This document shows positions 62,638-64,000 of a stretch of DNA of 64,000 nt, piece after piece. The stretch is from positions 181,518 through 245,517 of IMG/VR virus record IMGVR_UViG_3300047321_000298; one strand, given 5' to 3'. Within the stretch, counting starts at the first letter, position 1, and every line of letters starts with the position of its first letter. A program made the translations under genes and the position numbers. Below the pieces are notes generated by a model. That model ran no database searches and had not been told where the DNA came from. It saw only the letters and a list, made by a program, of their open reading frames with translations. Source of the DNA: a virus. Its lineage: Duplodnaviria > Caudoviricetes.

Positions 62638-64000
62638 ATGATCGTGCAACTGACTGCTGCAGGGCAGGCGCTGCTAGAAGGCAATACGGGGCCAGTGACC
62701 GTCACGAGTTTCCAGCTTGGTTCGGCATACGGATACGTGCCCGAAGCATCAGACACAGGCATTCACGGAACCCTGGTATATACGGGCGTCCCATCAGCAC
62801 CTCTCGCAGTTTCAGCAAACCTTGTTGCGTACTCGTCGTATCTCGATTACGACTTGGGGCCGTTCGAGTTCGGAGAAATCGGACTGTACGTCGGCTCAAC
62901 GCTGTTTGCTCTGGCAACGGGCTCCGCTCCGATTTCGAAGAGCGCACCGGCCGCCAACACCTCAGGCAACTCGATACGAATTGATGCGTATGTATCGGTC
63001 GTCGGAACGAACTATCAAATGTGGTTGAACCTGGCTGAGTCCAGCAACGCTTTCCAGATGGCTGTGCTTACCTCGCCCGATCTGTTGCCGCAGTCTCATC
63101 AAGCTGTCCCGAACGCGTACATAATTTCCGGCGTAGTAAATAGTCAGTCAGCGTTTCTTGCGTACACGGATAAGTTTGGTCTGTGGAACTTCGACGCGTA
63201 TCAGTACGGGTACCAGACGCATGCGAATGTAGTTACTTCGGATTCGCAGTCGGTAACGATAGCGCTGGACCAGTTTGTGTCGCAAATGCAGCCGCAGTAT
63301 TTCGGCCAGGTGATTCTTGAGTTCACGAGTGGCGCTCTGTACTCAGTGTGTCGTTACGTTGAGACAGCAATCGTGTCCGGCAACTTCGTGACGCTCGGTT
63401 TCGACTCACCTATCGCAATGCAGCCTGCAGCGGGCGATACGTTCGCGACGTTTGTTCGAGTGGCTGATTCGGAAATTCCGCAGTTCCCAGCAGCAACGAC
63501 CTCCGAACTCGGTGGCGTTATTGTTGGCGAGTATCTGACGGTGCAGCCGAACGGGCTGCTCGCGGTGGATGCCGCAGCGCTCCCATACCCGGTGACTTCG
63601 GTCAATGGGCTGACCGGCGCGGTGGTTGTGCAAGCGACGAACAACAATGCTGCGTCAGGTGTTTCGTTGATTTCGAACTCAGGTGCAACGACCGGGAGTA
63701 TCAAGCTTAAGACGCTGGTCGCGGGCACGAACATCACAATAGCGCCGGACTCAAACGGCAACCTGCTGATTTCGGATACGTATGCGCTTCCGATTGCTAG
63801 CCTCACTACACTTGGTGGAGTGAAAGCGCCTAGCGACGGCAACATCACGATTTCGGCAACGGGCGTTATCGATCTGGGATTCACGCCCGTCACGTCGGTT
63901 GATGGGATGAGCGGCGCTGTCACTTTGCCGTTGGCTACGGCTGCTGCTCCTGGACTCATGCAGGTTGGTACCGGCCTGTCAGTTACCAACGGAGTCGTTT
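62638..64000 (+). CDS. tail fibre/baseplate-attached protein (runs off the window end; not in ORF track)
   Basis: ATG 62638 with GAGG RBS: MIVQLTAAGQALLEG...GPFEFGEIGLY (tail-collar-type N-terminus), VTSVNGLTGAV/VTSVDGMSGAV repeats, LPIASLTTLGGVK; open to the end. Confidence 0.85.
   Translation, partial: MIVQLTAAGQALLEGNTGPVTVTSFQLGSAYGYVPEASDTGIHGTLVYTGVPSAPLAVSANLVAYSSYLDYDLGPFEFGEIGLYVGSTLFALATGSAPISKSAPAANTSGNSIRIDAYVSVVGTNYQMWLNLAESSNAFQMAVLTSPDLLPQSHQAVPNAYIISGVVNSQSAFLAYTDKFGLWNFDAYQYGYQTHANVVTSDSQSVTIALDQFVSQMQPQYFGQVILEFTSGALYSVCRYVETAIVSGNFVTLGFDSPIAMQPAAGDTFATFVRVADSEIPQFPAATTSELGGVIVGEYLTVQPNGLLAVDAAALPYPVTSVNGLTGAVVVQATNNNAASGVSLISNSGATTGSIKLKTLVAGTNITIAPDSNGNLLISDTYALPIASLTTLGGVKAPSDGNITISATGVIDLGFTPVTSVDGMSGAVTLPLATAAAPGLMQVGTGLSVTNGVV

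Noticed and set aside
1-64000. Integrase/att sites, IS elements, tRNA or rRNA genes, introns/inteins
   Set aside because: None recognised by eye; a tRNAscan/Infernal run would be needed to exclude small RNAs.

Overview
The whole window is phage DNA with no host chromosomal genes: part of a large contractile-tailed (myovirus) genome that also carries a plasmid-type parA-parB-rep replicon, i.e. most likely a jumbo-phage-like phage-plasmid. A Burkholderiales host is inferred from the replicon type and promoter motifs. Layout: (1) 1-24.6 kb, + strand: late/virion module (neck-like protein, holin-like protein, PKD protein, HNH, 1522-aa SNF2 helicase, prohead protease, scaffold, decoration protein, major capsid, sheath, tube). 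It ends in an array of small unrelated proteins, and 13 proteins of the module share an N-terminal leader [LI][NK]AxxRL followed by an [LIV]xA site. (2) 24.7-32 kb, + strand: early cassettes, each driven by a sigma70-like promoter embedded in a 15-16 bp operator-like motif (11 copies in the window, both orientations); includes a HigBA-like pair and an LPD11-like protein. (3) 32-35.9 kb, - strand: ParDE-like TA, sugar acetyltransferase moron, small ORFs. (4) 36.1-40 kb: parA, parB, rep. (5) 40.3-43.2 kb: more early cassettes (RMF-like, HAD). (6) 43.2-62.6 kb, - strand: replication/recombination module (BCS1-like AAA, DnaB, UvsW-like helicase, Lar, beta clamp, MTase, SbcC, DnaX, PD-(D/E)XK nuclease), containing a Tat-signal protein made of a detached tail-sheath C-terminal domain. 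(7) From 62.6 kb: start of a tail fibre/baseplate gene. Three promoter classes are visible by eye. Top candidates for new biology: the leader-tagged (putatively capsid-packaged, injected) protein array and the Tat-exported sheath-domain protein. All family assignments are from recognising motifs by eye; no database searches were run.
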